A DNA stretch of 64,000 bases from Camelus dromedarius (lineage: Eukaryota). Shown in pieces: positions 35,505-47,021 of this stretch. Made by a program: the position numbers and the translations under genes. The notes under the pieces are model-generated. The model was not told the origin of the DNA, searched no databases, and saw nothing but the letters and a program-made list of their open reading frames with translations. The stretch's first letter is position 1. Each line of letters starts with the position of its first letter. The stretch covers positions 6,696,001 through 6,760,000 of the forward strand of contig NC_087436.1 of assembly GCF_036321535.1 (NCBI RefSeq), read 5' to 3'.

Positions 35505-36600
35505 CTTACACCTAAAATAAGTAGCTTGGGCTCAAAAATGAAAATGTGGGGCCCCTTGTTCAAAAAGCAGGAAAAAGTGCTATTAAAGGTAAACAGTGTA
35601 AGGCTTTTCCATTAAAAATAGTTTACTTATAAAATGTAAGAGGAATAGCAGTGATACATGACTAACATAAACTTGTAAATTGAAAAAAAATGTTTTGGTG
35701 TAATAGTTTTATATAGTGTAATCAATAATAATACCTAGCGTGATGTTTTGATTCATTGTAAGTTTTCTGGCTCATTCTTCTGCAAAGTCAGTTGTATGAG
35801 TCATCAAAATTTATACATCAGTCAGTGGGGACGGTATAGCTCAGTGGTGGAGTGCATGCTTAGCATGCACAAGGTCCTGGGTTCAATCCCCAGTACCTCC
35901 ATTAAAAAAAAATACATAAATAAAAACCTAATTATCCCCCAAAAAGAAAACCAAAAAAAAATTTATACCTCAATTGATAAAATTAAAAGCAGCGTTAGTC
36001 GCTGCTGGCAAACGCAAGATGGCAAATAACTTTTGATAATTCTTTTATTTTGAGAAAGCTGTTTCTGCTCACTGTGACTGTTACTGGAGACTTAAAGGTT
36101 GTGACAGCACTGACATAAATTTGTGATAAACTTGAAAAATATAAATTTCAGTATGTCTAGATCAGATGTTCTTATGGAACCGTTTTGCCAAAGATTCTGT
36201 TCTTCACACACATCCATTTTGTGTAAGTTTGAACTTAATTTTAAATGTAAATTTGTACAAGGTTATGTTAGTGTGCCCTCTGACAGTTCCTGAATGGTGT
36301 GGAGGTCTCACAAGAAACTGGAAGTGTCTTCGTGGGTTGCATATAATGCAGAATGCCTATTTATGCATTCTGTCACGGCATCTTCAACTACATGGAAAAA
36401 TTAATTTTAAAATGGGCTTCCTGGTTAATGATTTCTTCGCCTGATGCTTCATATGAAAGTAACAGGTACTTTCTATGCAGTGCAACAATATTTGCATTTA
36501 ATTTCTGTATCTGTGCCTGTGGATATTTGCATTGCAGTGTTGCCACATTTTTCAAAAGCAGAGATTACAAAGTCTTGGAAGGATTCGGGTGACTCCCTGA
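35505..36600 (-). mobile_element. Fossil hAT (Tip100 group, Zaphod/MER45-like) DNA transposon with a transposase C-terminal remnant
   Basis: aaaatgaaaatgtggggccccttgttcaaaaag is MER45-like; minus strand 35968-36090 translates, with frameshifts, PVTV..AETAFSK*K..IIKSYLPSCVCQQRLTLLLILSIE, the hAT dimerisation motif. Confidence 0.75.
35827..35960 (+). mobile_element. Vic-1-like SINE inserted into a hAT fossil
   Basis: GGTATAGCTCAGTGGTGGAGTGCATGCTTAGCATGCACAAGGTCCTGGGTTCAATCCCCAG; near-TSD aaaatttatacatcagt / aaaatttatacctcaat. Confidence 0.9.
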
Positions 36601-38334
36601 TGTACTCCCGTCCACTGTGGGCTCTCACTTTGTGGCAATTTACTGTCCGGGGCTCAGGTCGGAGAGAGTAATGTTTGTGCAGACTCCACAGGGACGGGCT
36701 CCGATGATGGACAGACAAGCTGCCTCCACATGGGTCATGGCCTTGGTCAAATCCTTCCTCTCTCCGATGGCCATGATGGCTGCTGCTGCCGCCAATCTGG
36801 GCCCAGGTCCCAGCCTTGCAGGCCCCCAGGTTCCCTGCCCCCCAGGTCAGCTGCTCAGTGTCCGAGGCCCCCCCCCCCGTGCACTCTGCTGCCCGGGGTC
36901 TTCCCTGCACACGCTCATGTGTCATTGTCACATCAGACTTCACCTCTGTAGCTTAAGGGTGAGGGTGAGGCTGTTAGGGATGGAGATGGCACCCCCAGGT
37001 CACCACCCGAGCTGCCTCCCAGAGCAGGCTCCGTGGGGCTGCCAGATGCAGGGCTGGCCCTGGATGCTGGGCTGCTGGACTTGGGGCAGGTGCTGGACAC
37101 AGGGCTGGTGCTGGACGGGGACTGCCCAACACCCATACGGAATTTCTGTGGGCACTTTGACTCGACCCCGTGCTTGTGAAGACCCCTCTTTGTTTACAGC
37201 TTGCAGCCCCTCACCACCTTTGGCAGGCATTGGGTTGGGGAGAGTCTCTGGACTAGACGGGGCACGTGGGTACCAAAACCATGATTGCTGCCGGCGTTGA
37301 GAGGGAGTTCACAGCAAGCAAAGACTTCACCCCTAAGAGCATTCAGGGGAGCCAGGGAGGCTCCTCACCACCCTAGGGGTCAGGTGCCCGCTGACCTCGG
37401 GGCCCCTGCCAGGCCGCTGGGTCAGCTTTGGTGACCCGTGGGGAGTCGGGGGACTGACCAGCTGCTCAGCATAGTGGAGGACGCTGCAGAGAACCCCCGC
37501 CCCAGCTTAGTGGGGCTGTTGAAACCCTAGAGAAGCAGATGTGCTGTCCCAGAAAGGCTGTTGGCTGGGACTGTAAAGCTGAATAACCGTGCAGAGTTTG
37601 ACCTACAGAAGTGGTGGTTTCATGTGGGCCGCTGTAACACATAGGTTCCCCATAAGTTCAAAGCTGACGTAACCAGTCAGACTGAGCAGTCCCGAGACGA
37701 TGGCAGGTCGCTGAGATGTCCTTAGACAGCCTCCATCGCTGCTTTATTCAGGACCTGGATGTGCACATAGTGTCTGTGAATGCTGGGTCATAAATGTCAG
37801 CTCAGCCCTGCTGGATTATTTTATTAAAAGGAAATTTGAGCGTGTAGCGCAGTCTTCCCTCGATCTGAAGGCCTGGGGCTGGTGTGACTGCCCCCAGCCC
37901 CTCCTCGGCGCCCCGGCGGGTGACGCGGCGGATGGCGTGGACTCCAGCACATGGAGGAGACGTAGGGCAGGGCTCTGGTCCTTCCCAGTGTCCAAGAAAC
38001 GAGCCCAGACCAGCCGACAGGAGCCCTGGGCTCTGACTCCAGCACCGTCACTAAAAACCTCTCTGTTCTGAGGGAAGGGGATGCATCGCCCTGCCTCAGT
38101 TTCCTCATTTGCGAGACGGTCTATGTGCCTGACCCAGTGGCTTGAGGGTAAAGATATGATGAAGTGTTTCTGTGCATCCTTACCTTTTTTTAAAAACATT
38201 CTGAAACATCCTTTCATTGTAGCTTGGCTTTTAAAGTATATTTCCAAATACCACATGACCTGGTTTATTCCAGTTTGCATGGTTGATCCAAGACTATAGA
38301 TTGAACGAAGCTCAGTTGCTTTTTTTTCAAATTT

Positions 38335-38755
38335 TAATTTTTTAAAATCTTTTATTGAAGTGTAATTGATTTGGTGTTAATGTCAGGTGTACAGCACAGT
38401 GATTCAGTTGCACATATACATACATATACTTTCTTTTCAGATTCTTATCCATTATATGTTATTACAAGAAATTGAATATAGTTCCCTGTGCTACACACTA
38501 GGTCCTTGTTGTTTATCTGTTCTGTATATAGTAACATGTGTCTGTTGATCCCCAGCCCCTAATTTATCCCTCCCCACCCTTTCCCCTTTGGTAACCATAG
38601 TTTTCTATGTGTGTGAGTCTGTTTTTGGTTTGTGAATAGAATTTGTATCATTTTTTTTTTGATTCCACGTATAAGTGGTATTATGTGATATTTGTCTTTC
38701 TCTGTCTGACTTACCTCACTCAGTGTGATCATCTCTAGGTCCATCCATGATGCTG
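38335..38755 (-). mobile_element. L1 3' end
   Basis: ttttattgaagtgtaattgat...ttgaatatagttccctgtgct...ggtaaccatag...gattccacgtataagtg; antisense ORF MDLEMITLSEVSQTEKDKYH is L1 3'-end text. Confidence 0.85.
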
Positions 38756-40300
38756 TAACCTCCAGCTGCTTTAGAAGTCAGCGGAGATATGCAGTAAAGC
38801 ACAAAAGAGCTGTGCACGCTATCAAAGGCGGGGAAGTTTCTCAGACATTCAGTAGGTGGCACCGTCTGCTGTGTTAGGTGGAGTTGGTGACTGCAGGGTG
38901 GAGGTGAAGCTGGTGGCCATGTCTGCAGGGGCTCAGTGTTTATCACCATTTGATTATTAAGGACCACGTTGGCCCAAGATGAGTGCACGGATATGGTCGT
39001 CTTACTTTTGAAAAGGGAGGGAGATAGGAGATAACAGACGAAGAAGAAAGGGTTGCAGGGAAGTGTTGGTGTAACAGCAGCTCAGAATTACCTGTGCGGA
39101 ACAGGAATAAACTGGTGCAGGAAAACAAAGTTACAGGACCGTTCTCTGGAAAAGGAGAGGGAACTCACTGTATGAAGCTAAGTAACATCGCCAGAGCGCC
39201 TCCGGAACGTTTTTTCTGACGAGCGGATGGTTAGGATCAAGGAATTTCTCAGAGAAAACAGTTGCTGGTTCATTTTCGCATGTAGCATGAACCGGAGCAT
39301 CTGGAGCTCCTCCCCGTGCGTCTGTGGGAGCGCCGATGTGTCAGCCACACTCCTGTCTCCGGGATCCTGGATGAAGTTGAGAGAAGCAATGACCTGTCCC
39401 TCTGAGGTCAGAACAGGATGTCTGTGTCCTTTCCTTTAACAATAGGATAGCTTTCCTGGCGATAAAACTTCTGATGTGGGTATGTTTGAGGTCACAGGAA
39501 TGTTACAGACCCTGAGCAGACACTAAATAAGAAGTTTAAGACCAAGAAGGAGGCTGGGGCCTGGAGTTCTGCTAGCAGACATGGTTGTTGGGGGTAATTC
39601 ATAGTAAAGGAAGTGGGAAAGGCAGTGTCCTCCTGTACTGGGCAGATAGAGGAGGCTAAACATGGAGGCTGTGAAAAAAGGAAGGTTAACTGCACACCTG
39701 CCGCGTGCCAGGCTGGGAGCATTCATTTGGTGTTCTGTCCTTTGCTTCGAGATCTTAGAAAAAATAATTTTTTTTTAAATTTTCATTCTTGATTTTAGTA
39801 GCTATGTGGGCATTATTCTTGTTTCTCGGGAGAGTTAAAGAAGGAACATGGTTGGGCCATGTCTGGGAGGCTTACCCCCGAAGACAGACTGAATACATAT
39901 TCAGGATTTATTGGCTTCAGGATTCTCTTATCATAGACGCAGAGCCTCTCGACAGAATCTTAAGTTTGTTGGGGATCTGACTATTCCAGGAGAGAGGAGG
40001 CTCTTTCTGCTTGGCAGACTTCCTGGAGAGTGTGATCAGCCACCGGGGTGAATCTGAGCGTTTATAGGAGTAACTGCGTCCAATGGTCTTAATAACTTTG
40101 GGAAGTCGGGCGAGCCTCAACTCCCGTAAATACCCAAATGTGGTGCCCAGGGCACACGCAAACCACAGAGGGTCATTTCCCTTCGAATGCTCTCATCCAG
40201 CGGGATCCATCAGCCAAAACAAAGGACCTGCATTTTGAGCCAACAGGTGTTCCACGCCCCTTCCTAAATACTGCCAATCTGGTATAAAAATAGAGCCCTT

Positions 40301-40440
40301 GGGGGAGGGTGTAGCTCAGTGGTAGAGCACGTGTTTAGCATGCACAAGGTCCTGGGTTCAATTCCCAGCACCTCCATTAAAATAAGTAGACCTAATTCCG
40401 CCCCCACCCCCACCCCAAAAGCAAAACCAAACAAAAAATA
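40301..40440 (+). mobile_element. Vic-1-like SINE
   Basis: GGGGGAGGGTGTAGCTCAGTGGTAGAG...GGTCCTGGGTTCAATTCCCAG followed by an A-rich tail. Confidence 0.88.
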
Positions 40441-40719
40441 AAGTCCAAGGGCGAAGGATTAAGAGTCTAACAAGAGGACATTCTCAGTTACTCTCAGTTG
40501 TCACTAAAGTTGCTTTTCACGTTAGGAAAGCACCGTGTGGTGACCAGATGTCTTGGTTTCCATGGCAGAGAATGGAGGATGGAGGAGAATGAATTAGCAG
40601 GGGACACTCAGCTGGACCGAGCACCCGGGAGTAGCCGTCTGAACATCGCCCTGCATTTCAGTTCACCTTCCGCGTGGCTCCTGACGCAGGACAGCTTCTC
40701 ACCCCTCTCCTTCCTCCAG

Positions 40720-40921
40720 GTCCACAGACGAAACGTTCAGCTTGGCCGAGGAGAGCTGCAGCTCGAACCCGGCCATCGTGCGGAGGAAGAAGATCGCCGT
40801 CAGCATCATCTTCTCCCTGTGCGAGAGGGAGGAGGCGCAGCGGGATTTCCAGGACTTCTTTTTCTCTCACTTCCCGCTGTTTGAATCTCACATGAACAGG
40901 CTGAAGAGTGCCATTGAAAAG
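40720..40921 (+). CDS. FNIP2: FNIP2 coding exon 9 (202 nt)
   Basis: ccttcctccag|G TCC...GAA AAG|gtactg; [67 protein letters not shown]. Confidence 0.96.
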
Positions 40922-41232
40922 GTACTGAGACCGTAAGCCGTCGTCCAGTGGAGACACGGTCACGGGGCTCGCGAGGTGGTGGGGGCTCTAGGCACCACAT
41001 CCCTTTCGCGGGGAACATGACTCGTCCAGCAGGGCTGGACCCGTGGGCACCGTGGTGTTAGGTGCCAGCTGCTGGATGGCTTGGGGAAAGGAAATCCCTT
41101 CTCCTGTCACCATCAGTCATTGCTACCTGGGGTGTTGACTATAACATCGTCTCTTACTAGTGAAGCCCTGTAGATGGTTACGAAGGAATTTCTCCTCCAA
41201 GGGTCATGTGGTTTGTTTTCTCTTCAACGAAG

Positions 41233-41321
41233 GCCATGATCTCCTGTAGGAAGATAGCAGAGTCAAGTCTCCGCGTCCAGTTCTACGTCGGCCGGCTGAT
41301 GGAAGCACTGGGGGAGTTCAG
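41233..41321 (+). CDS. FNIP2: FNIP2 coding exon 10 (89 nt)
   Basis: ttcaacgaag|GCC...TTC AG|gtaaac; [30 protein letters not shown]. Confidence 0.94.
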
Positions 41322-41409
41322 GTAAACTGGCAGCACCCAGGGAGCCCAGCAGGGGACAGGACAAGCCGCAGCAGGGCAGCTGCGGCTCTCAGGACGTTCC
41401 CACCGCAGC

Positions 41410-42290
41410 TGTGAGGGCTGCCTTTCCTCCACACTGTTGCCAACGCTTGTTATTTCTTTTCTGTTTGATGATGGCCATTCTGACAGATGTGGGGTGGTGT
41501 CTTATTGTGGATTTGAGTTGCATTTCCCTGATGTTTAGTGATGTTGAGCATCTTTTCATGTGCCTGTTGGCCATCTGCATTTCCTCTTTGGAAAAATGTC
41601 TGTTCAGGCGCTCTTCCCATTTTTTAATTGGATTGTGTCTCTTTTTTTTTTTTAATTGAGCTGCATGAGCTGTTTATATAATTTGGATATTAACCACTTA
41701 TTGGTCATATCATTACAAATATTTTCTTCCATTCATTAGGTTGTCTTTTCATTTTGTCGATGGTTTCCTTTGCTGTGCAAAAAGATTTTGAGTTTTATTA
41801 GGTCCCATTTGTTTATTTTTGTTTTTATTTCTTTTGCTTTTAGGAGATGGATCCAAAAAAAAATATTGCTGTGATGTAGGTCAAAGAGTTTTCTGCCTAT
41901 GTTTTCCTGTAGGAGTTTTAGAGTATCCGGTGTAACATTTAGGTCTTTAATCCATTATGAGTCTATTTTTGTATCTGGTGTTAGAGAATGTTCTAATTTC
42001 AGTCTTTTACAGGTAGCTGTCCAGTTTTCCCAGCACTGCTTATTGAAGAGACTATCTTTTCTCTGTTGTATATTCTTGCCTCCTTAGTCGTAGCTTAATT
42101 GACCATAAGTGCATGGGTTTATTTCTGGACTTTCTGTCCTGTTCCATTGATCTATGTGTCTTTTTTTGTGCCAGTGCCATGCTGTTTTGATTACTGTAGA
42201 TTCAGAGCCTGAAAAGTCAGGGAGTGTAATTCCTCCAGCTCCTTTCGTCTTTTTCAAAATTGTTTTGGCTTCTCAAGATCTTTTGTGTTT
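41410..42290 (-). mobile_element. L1 ORF2 C-terminal fragment
   Basis: Antisense ORF MQMANRHMKRCSTSLNIREMQLKSTIRHH is the L1 ORF2 cysteine-rich region. Confidence 0.88.
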
Positions 42291-42384
42291 CTTCCTTTGT
42301 TCTGACACAAAGCATTGTGAAAACAAAATTTTTTAAGAATGAGCATTTTATATGAAGAGTTACTATACTCTCTCTGTAGAGGGT

Positions 42385-42538
42385 CTCTGTCACTGCTGCT
42401 TAACTTTGCCATTGTGCAAAAGCAACAATAGATACTGTGGAAATGGTTGCACATGGCTGTGTTCCAATAAAACTTTATTTACAGAAAGCTGGCAGTCAAG
42501 TCAGATCTGGCCTGTGCATCCTAGTTTACTGACCCCTG
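42385..42538 (+). mobile_element. MER58-like hAT-Charlie MITE fragment
   Basis: tggctgtgttccaataaaactttatttacag...tagtttactgacccctg. Confidence 0.7.
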
Positions 42539-42669
42539 TTTTATATACTGCTTTGGATCCCTTGGGGCTACATAAATCCAGATTACTGTTTTCTTCTTTA
42601 TTCCTTTGCATAAAGATTCTCCGAAGTAATGTCTGTGACAGTTCTGGGTCACCCTTCTCTCCTCTGCAG

Positions 42670-42816
42670 AGGGACCATCTGGAACTTGTATTCTGTCCCG
42701 AGGATCACAGAACCGGTGTGGCTCACCATGATGTCCAGCACTTTGGAGAAAACGCAGCTCTGCCAGCGCTTCCTCAAGGAGTTTACCCTCCTGATAGAGC
42801 AGATCAACAAGAACCA
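42670..42816 (+). CDS. FNIP2: FNIP2 coding exon 11 (147 nt)
   Basis: ctcctctgcag|A GGG...AAC CA|gtaagc; [49 protein letters not shown]. Confidence 0.96.
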
Positions 42817-42940
42817 GTAAGCGTTGGCTCCCTGGAGCCCGGGATGCGCGTGCAGTGGCCGGTGCCTGTGCTGAACCTGACGCCGTGCCGCGCCTCCGCG
42901 GCCCTGACTCTCCCGCTGCCCCCTTTCCTGTTCTGCCCAG

Positions 42941-43110
42941 GTTCTTCGCTGCCTTGCTGACCGCCGTGTTAACCTACCACCTGGCCTGGGTCCCGACTGT
43001 CATGCCAGTGGACCACCCTCCCATCAGGGCTTTCTCAGAGAAGCGCACCTCTCAGCTGGTGAACACGCTGGCCAAGACACACCCGTATAACCCTCTCTGG
43101 GCGCAGCTGG
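42941..43110 (+). CDS. FNIP2: FNIP2 coding exon 12 (170 nt)
   Basis: ttctgcccag|G TTC...CTG G|gtcagt; [56 protein letters not shown]. Confidence 0.96.
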
Positions 43111-43307
43111 GTCAGTACCGACGTGACTCTTCAGAGCCCATGTGGGATGGGTTGGGGAAATGCTGGAGAGTTTAGCTGATGTCGGCCACGCAGCCTGGCC
43201 ATCCAAGGTTGTCCTTGGGCAGGCAGGGAAGTGGCCCTGGGAGCCTACCTGTAAAACATCCCCTTCCTCCCCTCCCACTGCCGGCAGCGTCCTTCTGCTC
43301 TTTAAAG

Positions 43308-43529
43308 TGGGGTTTCTTAACTTCGGCACTCTGGATACGTGGACCGGATCATTCTTGGGTGGGTGGGTGGTGGAGGGGCTTGTCCTGTGCCTGGAGACTG
43401 AACACTGCATCACTGGCCTGTGCTCACCAGCGGCCCAGGAAAACCCCTCGTAAATGTCTCCAGACACCGCTGAGTGTTCCCCCCACCCCCCGTGCAGGGT
43501 GCAAAACACCCCCTGGCTGAGAACCGCTG
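43308..43529 (+). mobile_element. MER20 hAT-Charlie MITE
   Basis: tttcttaacttcggcact...tgtcctgtgc...aaatgtctccagacac...gcaaaacaccccctggctgagaaccgctg; flanking ctttaaag / ccctagag. Confidence 0.8.
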
Positions 43530-46500
43530 CCCTAGAGGATGGACTGCGTAGGAGAAAAGTGAGAGAAAAGAAAGTAACACACTCTGTGATTTCACCCCCT
43601 TTTAAATCTGAGCTGAAGTCAGAAACCCCGTCTTTTCCACACTGCTCTGCTCAGTGCTGGTGGTTTTTATGTCCTCTAGGCTTTGGGCTCAGAGGGGTTG
43701 CAGGGACCTGACGCCCCAGCGTGGCTGGTCAGAGTGTGGACTTGGGAGACCAGAGCTCATGTGCAGGAGAGGTGTGCTCCGGGGCCTCACCTGGCACACG
43801 TCTGCAGTGAGCAAGGCAGGCCTGCACAGCTGCTCTGTTCCAGACCCTATCCCTCCGCTGGGCCCAGGGGTGCAGAGCTGGGTCACGTGCAGCTCAGCCT
43901 CGGGAAGCCTGCAGCCTGATGGAGGAGGCGCAGGTGGTATTCAGAACATCCTGGTTGCTCCTTCGCTAGGGGTGTGTGATGGACATGAGAGACAATGCAG
44001 TGGAGAGGGCAGGACGTGGGCAGCAGGGCCAGACTGCCTGGACCCAAATCCAGCCTTCATGGGCAAGTGCCTCTTCACCTGTAAAATGCTAGTTCATGGT
44101 CACCAGGGGAGGTAAACCAGTTAACGCTGGGAGCACCTTGGTCATGGATGCTGTGCTGAGGATGTTATGAGGGGGCTCCGAGAGACGGGGGTGGGGTGGG
44201 GAGGGGGCTTTCAAGGAAGACATGCTTGAGGAAGTCGTAAAGTGGCATTCTCCAGAAACAGAATTGCAGACAAGCACTTGAATGCCAGGAAACAGTGTGT
44301 TACAGTAGTAATGCAAGCCATCCCTGGGAGCCATGCATGGCTCCAGGTGCCTTTTGCATGTGTTAATTCATTAGATTCTCATTTTAGACCTGCTAGTGTG
44401 TCCTCACCAGACGGTAGGTAATGAAGATGCCTTTCCCTGTGCCCTGAGTCGTGAGGTTGTGAGGTGGGGACTACATGTCCATCCTTAGGGGATCACAGGT
44501 GAAAAGCAGCTTTTCTCCTCAAAAAGGGTTTGATATTATTGGCTTAAGTTAATGCAAGTTAAACAGTCTCAGATTTTGTCTTCATTTTTTTTTCCTCCAG
44601 AAGTTTAAGTTGTATTTTCCAGAATGCAGTGGAATTAGACTGCAGATCAATTTTTTTAAATGACCAGGAGACAATTCCCACCTGCTCAGAAAATCAACAG
44701 CCATATTTAAATAACCCACAAGCCAAATGAGAGAAATAAGAAAACAGTTTGAACTAAGGGATAACAAAGAGACGGTGAATGACAGCGTGCAGGACTAGCG
44801 AAGCACTGTCCGAAGGGGGCTTGGTCGCCCTGACGCGTCTATGAGATGAAACAGTGAAATAGACACGTCTGTGATCAGCGGCCAATTAGGACCAAGCTCC
44901 TCTCTTTGTCTCCTGTTTTCTCAGCCCCCCATTCCCGCCATCCCCTGTACCCTCTCGATTTGTGTCCTGAGCGCTTCTCCCTCCCTCCCCTGTCTTGTTC
45001 TCTTGTCTCTAGTTTGTTTCTTCTCTTTTCCCTCCTGCTCCCTGTGATCTTATCCGGGGTGTGTTTCACCCTCCCTGCCCACCTCACCCTCTTTTTGCTC
45101 CTCCGTCTCCTCCCCTCTCTGTTATTTCTCTGTCTTCTCTTCACCCTCCCTGCCCCGTGCCACCCCTCCCCCACACCTGTGTCCCCCTGTCCCCGTCCAT
45201 CTGTCCTGCCCCTTCTTGCTTCCATGCACTCCGGGTTTTGGACTCTCTCTGTTTCACCTGCACACACTCTTTTTACCCCTTCCTTTCTTCTCATTGAGTT
45301 GCCTTTCCACAGTGAGGTGGTTTGGGTTTTTTTTTGTTTTTTGCTAGATTTGGGATATGTAATACTTCTTTATTAACACTGGGACTGATTTAACAACGGC
45401 ACCCCAGGAAGTCCTGAGGTGGCCGTGAGTCCCCACAATGATGGGCAGATGTGATCACAGGAAGTAACAGCAATAAATCCTTAGTCAAGCAAGTTTTCCT
45501 GAATGGAAGTGCCTGTCCTCGCATCAGATGACAATTCTGAGTTACTCTTTTGAATTCTTGGGTGATTTTTCAGTCAGTTGCAAAAGCCTCAGAGATGAAG
45601 TTCTATTAGCTGTGACTTGGTCCTTTTGTAGAGAGGATGGTTTCATATCACTTCCGTCCCACCCTTTACCTGTTCTCTAGAGCCCTACCCCAGGGAATCT
45701 TTTCCAGAGGAGGCACTTCTAGGGGGATCCTCTCCCTTTCTCTCGGTTTGCAACTTGGCGATTAGTTTTATCCAGTATATGCCGCATAAATGCCTCCCCT
45801 CCTCTCTCGGATGGAGTCCAACTCCCTGAGTTCTTATTTATAACTGTTACCATGTATCTCTGCTCCTTTATTTAGAATCCTTTCACTTTTTGATCTATTG
45901 CAATATCCTGATTAATCCCACGTGGTTTCTGACTCAGGGATGATTATGCAGAGATGTAAACAAGATAAATCCGTGTAAAACATGAAACACTCAGCAGTGC
46001 TCCTGTGCAGTCAGTAAGTGTTGGCTTTTGGTTGTAATTGTCAATAATAATAATAGCAGAGCATCAAAGGTGCAGCTGTCAAGTGTAACATTCCGATTAT
46101 CAAAAGCACTCCTTTTGATAGGCAGGCACGTGACAGGCACTTGTGAGGAGAAGCCGCGCTGCTGGGTTGCTCCACACATTGGCCTTTCTTCTTCCACCTG
46201 TAAGCTGAGTGTCCGTGGTTCATTAGCCAGTTTCTAATGAGTGTGTCAGGGTATAACTTGTGGGACATTGTTTTCCAGTAGAATTTTCCTGTGAAGTAAT
46301 AGGAAAAAATTCAGATTCATTATTTACAACTAAGTGAGTTTCTTCTACTTGGTGTGCGTGTGCAGTGAGCAGACCGTTTCATTAAGCATTCTGAACTGAT
46401 CCACTGCACTTCTCTTCAGAGATCCCGGCATTGGGATTTCACGCCGAGGCCTACTGTCCTGGGAGTCTTCTAAAGAGATCTCATTCTAGTCCCAAGATAA

Positions 46501-46611
46501 ATTATTTGATTTGGTCACATATTCAGGGCTCTGGTTTAGCCTTCCTTGGGGAGATGGGAGCCGGGCAGCTTACTAAGCTGCATGGAAAGACCCAGCAAGC
46601 ATCACCAGGGA

Positions 46612-46842
46612 CTGTGCACTGCACCAGAATTACACCAGTGCTGCACCCACCATGCACTGCACCCTCTGAGCACCAGCCCTGCACTGCACCCAGCATACAC
46701 CGGCACTGCACTCACTGTGTACCGGCTCTGCACTGCACCTGATACACACCAGCACTGCACCCGCTGTGCACTGCACCCGCTGTGCACTGCACCCAGTATA
46801 TACCAGCAGTGCACCTGAGCAACAAAAGCGGGGCTGCACCCG
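46612..46842 (+). repeat. Degenerate minisatellite built on GCACTGCACC
   Basis: Repeated (T)GCACTGCACC cores, including cactgcacccgctgtg twice in tandem. Confidence 0.85.
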
Positions 46843-47021
46843 GCAGGCCTTCCCAGGCAGACTTTCCATCCTAGAGGAAAACTGAAATACCGTCAGCGCT
46901 CAGAATTGCCTCTTTGCCTCAGTCAGGGGAGTGAAGCAGCGATTCCGGGTTTCAGGCTGACGTGCCCTTGACTCGATCACCCAGATGACTGTCCCTTGTG
47001 TCGGTCTGCTCTGCCCTCCAG

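Noticed and set aside
35827..35900. tRNA-Ala-like sequence here and at the eight other copies
   Set aside because: A and B boxes are followed by A-rich tails and TSDs, and copies are dispersed and diverged, so these are SINEs rather than tRNA genes.
44900..45300. Pyrimidine-rich tract giving 139-156 aa ORFs
   Set aside because: Low-complexity CT-rich intronic sequence; the ORFs are compositional artefacts.
46612..46842. CRISPR-like repeat-spacer appearance
   Set aside because: Degenerate eukaryotic minisatellite with no constant-length unique spacers and no cas genes.
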